Source: Kiritimatiellia bacterium (GTDB taxonomy: Bacteria > Verrucomicrobiota > Kiritimatiellia > RFP12 > UBA1067). Taken from it: a DNA stretch of 37,790 bases. Where the stretch lies: the NCBI GenBank assembly GCA_017459225.1, contig JAFUDL010000137.1:1-37790 (forward strand), given 5' to 3'. The translations under genes were made by a program, and so were the position numbers. Under the pieces are notes generated by a model. It saw nothing but the letters and a program-made list of their open reading frames with translations, had not been told where the DNA came from and made no database searches. The first letter of the stretch is position 1. Every line of letters begins with the position of its first letter. This document shows positions 22,347 through 30,672 of this stretch, piece after piece.

Positions 22347-23792
22347 TTAGATCCCAAGCAAGTCCTTGAACCTGATGATCGCGTCAAAGAATCCATCGGC
22401 CTCCACTGACGGTGCCAGTTCGCCCTCGTACACAAGCGCGGTGCGGACAGACACGCTCTTCGGGTGCGGCAGCAGCCGACGCTTCCGCTCGACTTCGTAG
22501 ATGACCTCGCGGCCGATGTTCGCCTTGCGCTTGACCTCGACGACGCAATAGGACATTTTCGTCTGGAGAAGCAGATCAACCTGGACGCCCTCCTTGCCCG
22601 AACTTTCGGACGCCTTCCGAAAATACGGCGCGGCCGACAGGACGAGCGTGCGATCCATGTGCAGCGGCGAAAGAAGCTCTGCGGCATTGTTCACGACGAG
22701 ATTTTCGAACTGAAGCCCCTTGATCGCATCCCAACCTGAAAACTGTTCAATGCCAGCGAACTTGAACAACCCCGTGTCGATGACACGCTTGACCGGCGCA
22801 ACGTACTTCAGGTAAAATCTCGCATAGTTGTCCCTGAGCCTGTATTTCTTTTCCCTGATGTCCGCGCCTGTCTCTGGATTCTTTCCGGCATCGTCCGAAA
22901 CGAATCCCGATTCCGCAAGGCGCGCGAGCGCGGCCGACAACCGTCCTCCTTTCCCCTCTTCCAGCATTTCCGCGATGTCCGTCACGCTGCGCGACCCGTC
23001 GACAAGGCAGTTCAAGACCCTTGCCGTGAAGGCCGGTTGATGCGTGATGACGTCCGTGAACATCTCGTCGAAATCCGTCCGCAGGATGCTGTTGGGCAGA
23101 AAACACATCTGCCTGATGTTCTCATCGGCGGAAAGGGACGGATTGACCTCCTCCAGATAGCGCGGAACGCCGCCTGTCACGGAGAGCACGTCGATTATCT
23201 CCCTGGGATTGACGCGCTCCGCCGCCCGTCCCCAGAACTTGACGCATTCCTTAAGAGGCAGTTCTCCGACCACGAGATCGAGCGAACGGCGTCCCATGTA
23301 GGACGAATTGTCGATGAAGTTCTCTTTGATCCAGGAGGATACGCTCCCGCACAACACCAGAATCAGCCGATCATGGTCCTTCCAATAATTCTCCCACGCG
23401 ATTCTGACCGTGTTTGCGAACATCGGGTCGTAGTAGCCCATCCATGAAATTTCGTCCAGTAGGACAACGGTCTTCTGTCCATTCTTGACCTCGTGGTCAA
23501 GACGAATAAACGCCTCCAGCCAGTTTTGCGGTACCGTCCGCGCGCAACCCGTCTGGGCCGCCAGTTGCTCGACAAATGCGCGAAGCTCGTCTGCATTTGA
23601 GAAGCCCTCTTCGGGATGCACCCCCTCGATCTTCAAGAAGCGAACACCTGTCTTTTTCGCAAATTCCTTGATGAGCGTACTTTTGCCAATGCGACGGCGC
23701 CCCCTGCATGTAACCAAAGAGGATGTTCTCTTGCCCCATAATGAGGCAAGCTGCTCAATCTGATCTTGTCGTCCAACGAACATGAAAGACAC
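22347..23792 (-). CDS. AAA-type ATPase of the Arch_ATPase (PF01637-like) family with a DUF234-like C-terminal region
   Basis: 481-aa ORF. The N-terminus FVGRQDQIEQL...LVTCRGRRRIGKSTLIKEF carries the Walker A motif. VVLLDEISWM is Walker B-like. A winged-helix-like middle region and a C-terminal nuclease-fold-like region (VVEVKRK) follow. Confidence 0.85.
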   Translation of the reverse strand: MSFMFVGRQDQIEQLASLWGKRTSSLVTCRGRRRIGKSTLIKEFAKKTGVRFLKIEGVHPEEGFSNADELRAFVEQLAAQTGCARTVPQNWLEAFIRLDHEVKNGQKTVVLLDEISWMGYYDPMFANTVRIAWENYWKDHDRLILVLCGSVSSWIKENFIDNSSYMGRRSLDLVVGELPLKECVKFWGRAAERVNPREIIDVLSVTGGVPRYLEEVNPSLSADENIRQMCFLPNSILRTDFDEMFTDVITHQPAFTARVLNCLVDGSRSVTDIAEMLEEGKGGRLSAALARLAESGFVSDDAGKNPETGADIREKKYRLRDNYARFYLKYVAPVKRVIDTGLFKFAGIEQFSGWDAIKGLQFENLVVNNAAELLSPLHMDRTLVLSAAPYFRKASESSGKEGVQVDLLLQTKMSYCVVEVKRKANIGREVIYEVERKRRLLPHPKSVSVRTALVYEGELAPSVEADGFFDAIIRFKDLLGI

Positions 23793-23814
23793 CTTTCCCT
23801 AAAAAGATGTCGAT

Positions 23815-23843
23815 ATGGTAGCATTCTTCGCACATCTAGTCAA
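23815..23843 (-). promoter_or_regulatory. Candidate promoter TTGACT-N17-(TGc)TACCAT for the ATPase gene
   Basis: On the minus strand, TTGACT is at 23843-23838, followed by a 17-nt spacer and TGcTACCAT at 23823-23815. A GGGAAAGG SD-like tract lies about 8 nt before ATG 23792. Confidence 0.35.
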
Positions 23844-23850
23844 ACGGAAA

Positions 23851-23888
23851 AGTTCACCTATTTCCACTTTCATGAAATAGGTGAACTT
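23851..23888. terminator. Perfect 14-bp inverted repeat hairpin (AGTTCACCTATTTC-N10-GAAATAGGTGAACT); candidate bidirectional intrinsic terminator
   Basis: Arms at 23851-23864 and 23875-23888 with a 10-nt loop. On the minus strand it is followed by TTTCCGTTTG, and on the plus strand by TCGACTTTTG. It lies between the decayed genes and the ATPase promoter. Confidence 0.5.
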
Positions 23889-23973
23889 CGACTTTTGCCT
23901 TCGCTCGCTACCAATCGACACCCATGAGCATGAACCCGCAGCCAGCCGCCGCCATCGTGATGTTCGTCATTCC

Positions 23974-24443
23974 TCACTTTTTGTTAGACGTGGCATTGAC
24001 CTTGTGCGTGCGGTCTTCACGCCTCTGTGCCGCTGCGCTAAAAGCCGCATCATATTTCATTGACACCGGGCCGAGGAGACCGGAAGGCAGGAGCTTGTCC
24101 GTCTTCGTCCAGTGCTTCCACGTCGTGAAAGTGTGGCGTCCGGTCGGGGAAGTCCTGCCGTCCTTCACCCACTGCGGAATCTCCTTTATTCCCGGCTCGT
24201 TGAGCTTCTGCCAGCCGTGCCCGTCTCCTTGTAGATGCAAAGAATGTTCGGCACGTCGCAACCGGACGGACGAAAGAGCCATTCCGTGCAGATTATCGGT
24301 CGCCCCGCAACGGACATTTCCGCGATCTTCTTGCGAGTACCGGCGGCGTTTCCGTAGAAATGGAACGTGATGATGTCGCTTTCAGCCATTGCGATCTTGT
24401 CGAACACCGGGTCGACAGGGCGAAAGCATGCGACGGTGAGAGG
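23974..24443 (-). pseudogene. Frameshifted C-terminal remnant of a TIM-barrel glycoside hydrolase (the family often annotated as 1,4-beta-xylanase or GH5-like)
   Basis: Two overlapping minus-strand ORF pieces in different frames (24186-24407 and 23974-24282). The first piece reads ..PVDPVFDKIAMAESDIITFHFYGNAAGTRKKIAEMSVAGRPIICTEW, which fits the SDIISFHNYG....RPIICTE(Y/W) pattern I recall for this family. There is no N-terminal half, no signal peptide, and a frame change near 24270. Confidence 0.45.
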
Positions 24444-25160
24444 TTACGACGGGGCAATTTCGCGCGCCCGCGCAAGCGACCAGCGCCTGCCACGGGGAGG
24501 TTGATCGCCCGGCGCGAGGAACGCGCCCTTGCCGGCATTGGCGAAGAAACGCTTCGTCACGCGGTCATAGAGGCCAACGGCCTTGTCGTTCATGCGGCGC
24601 GCGGGCACGAAGTCGCGCAGCGTCTCGCCCGCGTCCGTGGCGATTTTCATCGCATAGAGACGGAACTGCCCGAACTCGGCATGTGGGCAATCGCACGCAA
24701 AGAGCCACAGCGTATGGTGCGAAGCGGTGGAACGATCGGTCGCGAGCGCGCACAGTTCCCTGCCGTCCGCGCCGAACAGACGCGCCGTGTTGTCCGCGCC
24801 GAGCGTGAAGCGGTAGTCGCGTTCCTCCGTCTCGTCCTTCGCAATCAGATTCCACGCCTCGCCTGGCTCCTTCCCCTTCGCGCCGAAGAAACGGAACTTG
24901 CCTTGCTGGAGGATGAAGAGGAATCCCCGCGGATCCCAAACGTCCTTGCCGAACAGCGTGCTTCCGTTTCCATAGACGCAATGCCCGAACGACATGTCGA
25001 TCGTCGTGTTCGCGCCGGCATCAACGCCCGTGTCGATGTACTGGAGCCACGGCGAAACCGTCGGCCACGACGTATCCCTTGGACTTTGCAGGCAGCAGCT
25101 TGAGCGTGGCGCCGGGCGCGAGATCGAACTCGCCGAGTTTCCTCCATGTGCCGTCGGCAA
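24444..25160 (-). pseudogene. Orphan copy of the ~190-aa (E/Q)YI..DG...YIDTG module found twice in the 27222-30608 protein; no usable start codon, likely a remnant
   Basis: The ORF reads ..WLQYIDTGVDAGANTTIDMSF...FRFFGAKG...HTLWLFACDC...FRLYAMKI...LRDFVPARRMNDKAVGLYDRVTKRFFANAGKGAFLAPG. This aligns by eye with both internal modules of the giant protein. The conserved start of the module lies inside the overlap with the FAD-oxidoreductase 3' end (25021-25160). There is no ATG, GTG or TTG in frame between 25100 and the motif. Confidence 0.5.
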
Positions 25161-27219
25161 TGGCCTGGTCGATTGTGAACGTCTTCACGCGCCCTCCGCT
25201 CGTCAGCTCGCACACCGTCTTGGAGCCGGGTTTCGCCCCCCAGCTGAACGGAACGCGCCCCATCAGCGCGTAGCGTCCCTCCTTGTCCACCGGCAGCGGA
25301 TAGACGGCTGGCTCGGCTTTCTTGCCAGGGAAATGGGCATACTCGCCCACCTGGTCGCCGTAGTGGACATGGCGCTTCTGCCAGCCTTTTCCGAACTTCA
25401 CGCCTTCCGACTCGTCATCCACAATGCGCCAGTCCGCGAGCTTCGGGTCTGGCACCCCCGGGAACTCGCCGCCCAGACGTCCCTGAAGCTTCCGTATGTG
25501 GCCGTGGGCGTATATGCCGCGCGGCGTTTCGCCGAGCTCGCGGCACATCGCAGCCGCCTCGCCTGCAGCGACGCCGAGCTGCGCGAGAGTGTTCATCACG
25601 CGCGGTCCGCCAAGGCCCACGTGCGTGCAGCTGAAGCAGCGTCCGACCATGAAGAGGTTCGCCACGTTGCGCGAATAGATGCTGCGGTATGGAATCCAGT
25701 AGCGTCCGTACGTTTCGCCGTGGTCTGTCGTGCCGTGGCATGTGGTGAGGAAGTCGACGCCGGGCTTGTAGTTGTCGAAGTGGAGGTCGATGCCCCACGA
25801 ACCGGAGGCGATGGCGTCGGCAAACGGACGGCGGCTCGTGACGTCCTTCTCGGAGTACACCCAGTCTCCGAGCAGGCGGCGCGACTCGCGCTTGCCAAGC
25901 AGGAATGGACAGAGGTTCAGCGCGTGGTTCGTGTTCTTCGGACGCCTCTTCGCGAGCGAGAACGCGCCGTATGTCGCGAGCAGCAGCCTGTCGCGTATCG
26001 CCTCTCCCTCTGCGATCATGTCGCGGTGGATGCCATACTCCCAGTTCCACCATCCGTTCACCGCCTCAACGCCCTGCGCGTGCGGCTCGGCCCAGGGAGC
26101 GGAGAAATCCATCGGCGCATTCGCGACCACGCTCGTCCACATGAGCGACGCGCCAAGGGTGTCGCCATCCGCCTTCTCGGGAGCAAGCGACTCGCCGTAC
26201 TCGCTCTTTGCCTCGCGGCCCATTCGCCAGTCCGCGCCCGCCCAGTAGCCAACCCATCCGTCGCCCGTCGCGTCGCAGAAGAGCGGCGCCTCGAAGCGCA
26301 CCACGCGGTTGCGCTTCAGGTCGAGCGCCTTCACCGCCGCAATCGTGCCGTCCGCATGCTTCTCCACGCCGAAGGCGCGCGTGTTCACGCGCAGCGCGAT
26401 GTTCGTCTCGTCCGCCACGACGCGCATGCGCCGCGCGTCGCACAGGGCGAGGTTGGCGTCGCTGTTCGTGAAGCGTCCGCGCAGCTCGCGCACGAGATCG
26501 TAGCGCGCCTCGCCGCCGCTCCACACGCGGATTTCGGAAGATGCGTTGCCGCCGAGCATCGGACGGTCCTGCACAAGCGCCACCTTGATTCCCATTCGCG
26601 CCGCCGCCACGGCCGCGCACGTTCCCGGCAGACCTCCGCCCACCACAACGAAGTCGGCCCTCACAGTCTCCGCCACAGGTTGCGTCTCCGGTGAGAGCGC
26701 TCCCTTCGGCGGCGTGGCTTCCTGCGTCAGCACCACGCCCGCACAGCGTCCGTCGAAGCCGTCGAGGTCCGTCAGGCGCACCTCGACCTCGCCCTTCTCA
26801 AGGCGCACTGCGCCGCCGCTCTCCCAATTCCATTCCGGCGCGCTCCAGCCGAACACCGTCGGCAGCGTCTTTCCGCCAAGCGAAACATTGAAGGCGCCCG
26901 CGCCGTCAACCCATTTGCGCGTGCGCACCCATACGCGCCATTCGCCGGACTCCGGCACGTCCACGCGCGCGGTCGCGTCCATCACGCGCACGCCCAGGCC
27001 ATGCGCGAGCAGGTAGGGCGAGCCCATCACGTCCATAAACTGCGGGTCGAGCGACCATCCGCCAGGCTCGAAGCACTGCGGATGCACATCCACGCGCGCC
27101 GCCGCGCAGACTTGAAGCATCATGCCTGCCGCAACCACCGCGCATAAGACAACCTTCAGCAAATCTCTCGTCACGAGCATCTTGACATCCTTGATCTTGT
27201 TCATAAGTTGCAGACCCAT
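25021..27219 (-). CDS. Secreted FAD-dependent oxidoreductase (FAD_oxidored/PF12831-like) with an N-terminal beta-sandwich and a C-terminal golvesin-C-like binding domain
   Basis: 732-aa ORF with a signal-like N-terminus (LLKVVLCAVVAAGMMLQVCAA). Dinucleotide-binding motif: DFVVVGGGLPGTCAAVAAARMGIKVALVQDRPMLGGNASSE. The C-terminus TWRKLGEFDLAPGATLKLL...GYVVADGFAV resembles the G.W..LG.F.......G.V.ADAV ending that I recall for this family. Confidence 0.85.
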   Translation of the reverse strand: MGLQLMNKIKDVKMLVTRDLLKVVLCAVVAAGMMLQVCAAARVDVHPQCFEPGGWSLDPQFMDVMGSPYLLAHGLGVRVMDATARVDVPESGEWRVWVRTRKWVDGAGAFNVSLGGKTLPTVFGWSAPEWNWESGGAVRLEKGEVEVRLTDLDGFDGRCAGVVLTQEATPPKGALSPETQPVAETVRADFVVVGGGLPGTCAAVAAARMGIKVALVQDRPMLGGNASSEIRVWSGGEARYDLVRELRGRFTNSDANLALCDARRMRVVADETNIALRVNTRAFGVEKHADGTIAAVKALDLKRNRVVRFEAPLFCDATGDGWVGYWAGADWRMGREAKSEYGESLAPEKADGDTLGASLMWTSVVANAPMDFSAPWAEPHAQGVEAVNGWWNWEYGIHRDMIAEGEAIRDRLLLATYGAFSLAKRRPKNTNHALNLCPFLLGKRESRRLLGDWVYSEKDVTSRRPFADAIASGSWGIDLHFDNYKPGVDFLTTCHGTTDHGETYGRYWIPYRSIYSRNVANLFMVGRCFSCTHVGLGGPRVMNTLAQLGVAAGEAAAMCRELGETPRGIYAHGHIRKLQGRLGGEFPGVPDPKLADWRIVDDESEGVKFGKGWQKRHVHYGDQVGEYAHFPGKKAEPAVYPLPVDKEGRYALMGRVPFSWGAKPGSKTVCELTSGGRVKTFTIDQAIADGTWRKLGEFDLAPGATLKLLPAKSKGYVVADGFAVAPVHRHGR

Positions 27220-27221
27220 CG

Positions 27222-30200
27222 CTACTTCACGATGATCATGAAGCCAGAGGGGTGATAGTAGAGTCCGTCGTCCTTAACTTCAACGTAGAAGTTGCGCTCT
27301 CCGACGGCGCGCTTGAACTTGACTGTGCCGATGTTCTCTGGAGGCGTAGTCCAGCTTACGAGCGGGTCGCCATTACTAAGCGGACGCTCGCCCACCTTCA
27401 CGTAAACCGTCGCGTTCTCGGCGAACTTGAGCGGGAAGCTGGAACATTCGGGCGAGACGGACGGCAACGCAACTTCCATCGCCGAAAGGTCGAGCGTGGA
27501 GCCGTCCTCCATCGTGAGTCCGCGATAGGTCGTTGAATGAGGCGTGAACACGCCCCAGACATGCAGTCCATCGTTTCCTTCGTTCGTCTCTTTCGTATCG
27601 TGCGAATCGTAGTTCAGCAGATCGATCCTCGTCGTTCCACCGATGGGGAGGAACCGACCACTGTTCCTCCACGTCACATTGTTCGTGGCCACAACAGAAT
27701 ATCTTGGTATGATCGTCGAGTAGCCATTGTATCCGTTGACGACCATCGTGCCGTTTTCAACGTCTGCGCTGATGATGTCAAAATAAGCACTGTCACTGCC
27801 AGCGTCGCCAAGATCGAACGTGAGCGTGTGGCCTCCAAGGTCGATCGCCGTGCGCGACCTTCCATTGCACACGCCGTATCTGCACTTCGCCGGAATGCTG
27901 ACCGTAGAATTGGCCGTAAGCGTCAGGCTTGCGATTCCCACATGTCCTGCATACCCTTCATTGTCATGAAAACTATATGCGTACAAGGCGCTGCTGGCGA
28001 GCGTGCCGCCGGCAAGGACAAAATCAAAAACGCCGAAGTTCATCTTGCCGCACATGTCAAGCGTCGCACCTTCCCCGACCGTCACCGTGCCAGACGGACC
28101 AATGATGCCGGCATCGCCATTCGCGCCCACCGCGAATACGCCGTTTGAAATCGCGGTACCGCCGGAGTAGGTCTGACCGGACTTCGCGGCGACGAACCCG
28201 CCCTCGCCCGTTTTTACAAGTATGAGGTTCCCGCGAAGCGAAATGAAGTCATTCGTGACGACTGCGTCTGCAGGGACATCAATCGTCAACGCTCCTGTCG
28301 TCGCGGCAACGGAGTTCGTCACGGTGAACGCAAGGCCGGAATCGCGCATCGCCGCTGGAAGAATGAAGGAATGGCCCGCAAGGTCTATCGTGGCTTCGTG
28401 GAAGACCAATCCGTCAAAACCAGCGATAGTTTCACCGTCCGACATAACTGTGAAGGAGAAGATTCTGTATCCGCCCGCCGTCCAGCCGTTGGCCGCACGG
28501 TCTGCAACGACCGCCGCGATTTCTGCAGATGATCCGAGGATAACCGCCATCGTGGCATCTGGCAAGGAAACGGACGGATTGGCAATTTCCTGCCTTTCGG
28601 AATTGTAGAAACGCCATGAGTACGATCCAGCGCCTGCGTTGACCATCCGTGCATACGCCAGGTCGTTAGGATTACGCGTGTCGGAACAGGGCGCGGATGT
28701 CATAAACACATCCATGCCGTAGCGCTGCGAGACCCTCGGGCCGACGGCGAACGTGCCGTGGTTCGCCATCAGAGCGTCCGTCACCTTGTCGTAGAGATAC
28801 GCCGTGCCGTCCTTGACGACGGGTATCATGTCGCGTCTCGCCTCACCCGACCACAAACAAAGTCTGAGCCAGTAGAGCCAGCAGTTCGCAGGATTGGTCA
28901 TACTGCCGTTGTTGTTCATTGCGAAGAGATAAAGTCTACTGCCGGGGGTGAAATAGCCGCCGTTCTCGATCAATCCGGACGTCGCGCCGTTTATCGCGCC
29001 CTTCACGCCAAATATGCGCGTCTTGTAGTCTGCGGCCAACTCATAATCGCTGTTGAGCGTGAACGTGCCGGACGCAGCCGAGTACGCGGTGTTGCGATCG
29101 AAGCGGAACGCGCCACCGGTCGTCGCCAGGCAGGAAAACGTCTGACTGTTGTACAATTTTCGTGCGGACCAGATGCCTCCATTGTTCTTGGCCCTGATAT
29201 TCAATCCCGCGGCGACGGAATCGGTGGAGTTCGGCACAATGCCGGTGTCGATGTACTTCACATTGGCGGTAGTGCCGTCAGCGACGATGTATTCTGCCTG
29301 ATAGTCAAACGGCGTGTTCTTTTCCGTCGCATGCGCCAACACGAAGCGCATGGTCTTGTAGGTATATGCGTCGCTCCCGCCGGCGAGTTCGTTCATGTAA
29401 AATGTCGCGCTCGTTGCGCCTGCGGAGACATTCGCGACCTTTGCATAGTGCCCCCATCCGTTCGGCGAGAACGCACCCGCATCCGTGTCCGTCGAATAGA
29501 CCGCCCAAACGTCCGCATCTGCGTCTAACTGCGGGAACGAGAGCGTGACGCCGCCGGTAGAGTAGTTCACTTCGGCCGACAGCGTGCCGAAGCGGCACGT
29601 CTGCGAAGAGGCGACGGCAACGGAAAGTTCAGGTCCGGCGATGAACGCTCCGCCCGCCTTGCCCTTGCGCGGCAGCACATTGCCGCTCACCCTGTCGTAC
29701 ATGCACGGCGAGCCGCCAACGATGACAGGGATGATGTCAAGGTCTAGATTGCCGGTGACGGTGTTGGTCAGCTTGAACCAGTACATTCTTCCCTTGAATG
29801 GGAAAGCCGAGTCCATGTCGTCGGGCACGGTGTAGGCATGCTTGTGACTGGTGAAGAGCGTAAGCTTTCCGCCTGCCGTGTAGGCATCTGCCGAATCCGT
29901 GATCAAATCGCTAGCCGCCAAAAGATTAGTGGTGACGGCACCAGACGATTTGGAATAGTCAATGAAGAGCGTATAGCATGTCAACGTTGGGACTGGAAGA
30001 GTATTTGACTGCTGTCCGAGGCTGTCCTTCCTGTCAATGCGAAGATTGCCATCTATCATGATTCCCATGAAGGAGGACGTCATGTCCTCGCTGCGCGCGC
30101 AGTAGAAGGTCTCATAGCGACTAGTTCCGTTCCCCTTGTCATCAAGGTACACCTTTGTCTCCACACTGTTGGCGGAGGAAGGCACGAACTGCGTGTTGAT

Positions 30201-30608
30201 CCAGGATTTGCCGTCGCCCTGAATGTACTCCAGCTCGGCGTCGTAGGGCGAGTCGCCCACGAAGAAGCGGTAATAGACGCCCGTCGTGATTTCGGGTGGG
30301 AGCGTGTACGTCATCGCCGCCGCGTCCGTCGCGATCGTACCGATATTCACGTAGCTAGGCCACTTGCGGAAGTGTCCGCCGCAGTCAACGGAGCCATAGG
30401 CGAGATAAACGTTCTCGGCGACGCCCGATGTCCCGCCGAACGCGAGCGACACTTCGCGCGTCGCATCATCATAAGCGACGATATTGACGGTCCTCTGCGC
30501 CACCGCCGCACTTGCCATCAGAACAGCAACCGCAAGGAGAGCAGCTTGAACCCTTACCAAAGAGTGAGACACGATGTATGCTCCTTTTGTCATTTTTGCA
30601 TTTGTCAT
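27222..30608 (-). CDS. Giant secreted beta-helix surface protein (autotransporter-associated beta-strand/PATR-like repeats) carrying two copies of an uncharacterised ~190-aa module
   Basis: 1128-aa ORF. The probable true start is GTG 30572 (AAGGAG 8 nt upstream), giving the signal peptide VSHSLVRVQAALLAVAVLMASAAVAQ. The modules begin at ELEYIQGDGKSWINTQF and AEYIVADGTTANVKYIDTGI. A PATR-like stretch reads LILVKTGEGGFVAAKSGQTYSGGTAISNGVFAVGANGD..GTVTVGEGATLDMCG. The stop lies 2 nt before the FAD-oxidoreductase ATG. Confidence 0.85.
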   Translation of the reverse strand: MTNAKMTKGAYIVSHSLVRVQAALLAVAVLMASAAVAQRTVNIVAYDDATREVSLAFGGTSGVAENVYLAYGSVDCGGHFRKWPSYVNIGTIATDAAAMTYTLPPEITTGVYYRFFVGDSPYDAELEYIQGDGKSWINTQFVPSSANSVETKVYLDDKGNGTSRYETFYCARSEDMTSSFMGIMIDGNLRIDRKDSLGQQSNTLPVPTLTCYTLFIDYSKSSGAVTTNLLAASDLITDSADAYTAGGKLTLFTSHKHAYTVPDDMDSAFPFKGRMYWFKLTNTVTGNLDLDIIPVIVGGSPCMYDRVSGNVLPRKGKAGGAFIAGPELSVAVASSQTCRFGTLSAEVNYSTGGVTLSFPQLDADADVWAVYSTDTDAGAFSPNGWGHYAKVANVSAGATSATFYMNELAGGSDAYTYKTMRFVLAHATEKNTPFDYQAEYIVADGTTANVKYIDTGIVPNSTDSVAAGLNIRAKNNGGIWSARKLYNSQTFSCLATTGGAFRFDRNTAYSAASGTFTLNSDYELAADYKTRIFGVKGAINGATSGLIENGGYFTPGSRLYLFAMNNNGSMTNPANCWLYWLRLCLWSGEARRDMIPVVKDGTAYLYDKVTDALMANHGTFAVGPRVSQRYGMDVFMTSAPCSDTRNPNDLAYARMVNAGAGSYSWRFYNSERQEIANPSVSLPDATMAVILGSSAEIAAVVADRAANGWTAGGYRIFSFTVMSDGETIAGFDGLVFHEATIDLAGHSFILPAAMRDSGLAFTVTNSVAATTGALTIDVPADAVVTNDFISLRGNLILVKTGEGGFVAAKSGQTYSGGTAISNGVFAVGANGDAGIIGPSGTVTVGEGATLDMCGKMNFGVFDFVLAGGTLASSALYAYSFHDNEGYAGHVGIASLTLTANSTVSIPAKCRYGVCNGRSRTAIDLGGHTLTFDLGDAGSDSAYFDIISADVENGTMVVNGYNGYSTIIPRYSVVATNNVTWRNSGRFLPIGGTTRIDLLNYDSHDTKETNEGNDGLHVWGVFTPHSTTYRGLTMEDGSTLDLSAMEVALPSVSPECSSFPLKFAENATVYVKVGERPLSNGDPLVSWTTPPENIGTVKFKRAVGERNFYVEVKDDGLYYHPSGFMIIVK

Positions 30609-30647
30609 TTTTGCATCTCCTGTTGATTGTTGTTAGATTCAAAACTC

Positions 30648-30663
30648 TCTGCTGCATAGCAGA
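30648..30663 (-). terminator. Weak hairpin (TCTGCT-N4-AGCAGA) followed by GAGTTTTGA on the minus strand, downstream of the GH gene
   Basis: 6-bp stem and 4-nt loop. The T4 tract (30641-30644 as A on the plus strand) is separated from the stem by 3 nt. This is a poor intrinsic terminator at best. Confidence 0.25.
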
Positions 30664-30672
30664 TCGAAAATC

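Noticed and set aside
23881-24370. Plus-strand ORFs 23881-24063 and 23924-24370 in the decay zone
   Set aside because: They have no motifs, are Cys/Arg/Ser-rich, and lie antisense to the recognisable glycoside-hydrolase remnant. They begin inside the terminator hairpin.
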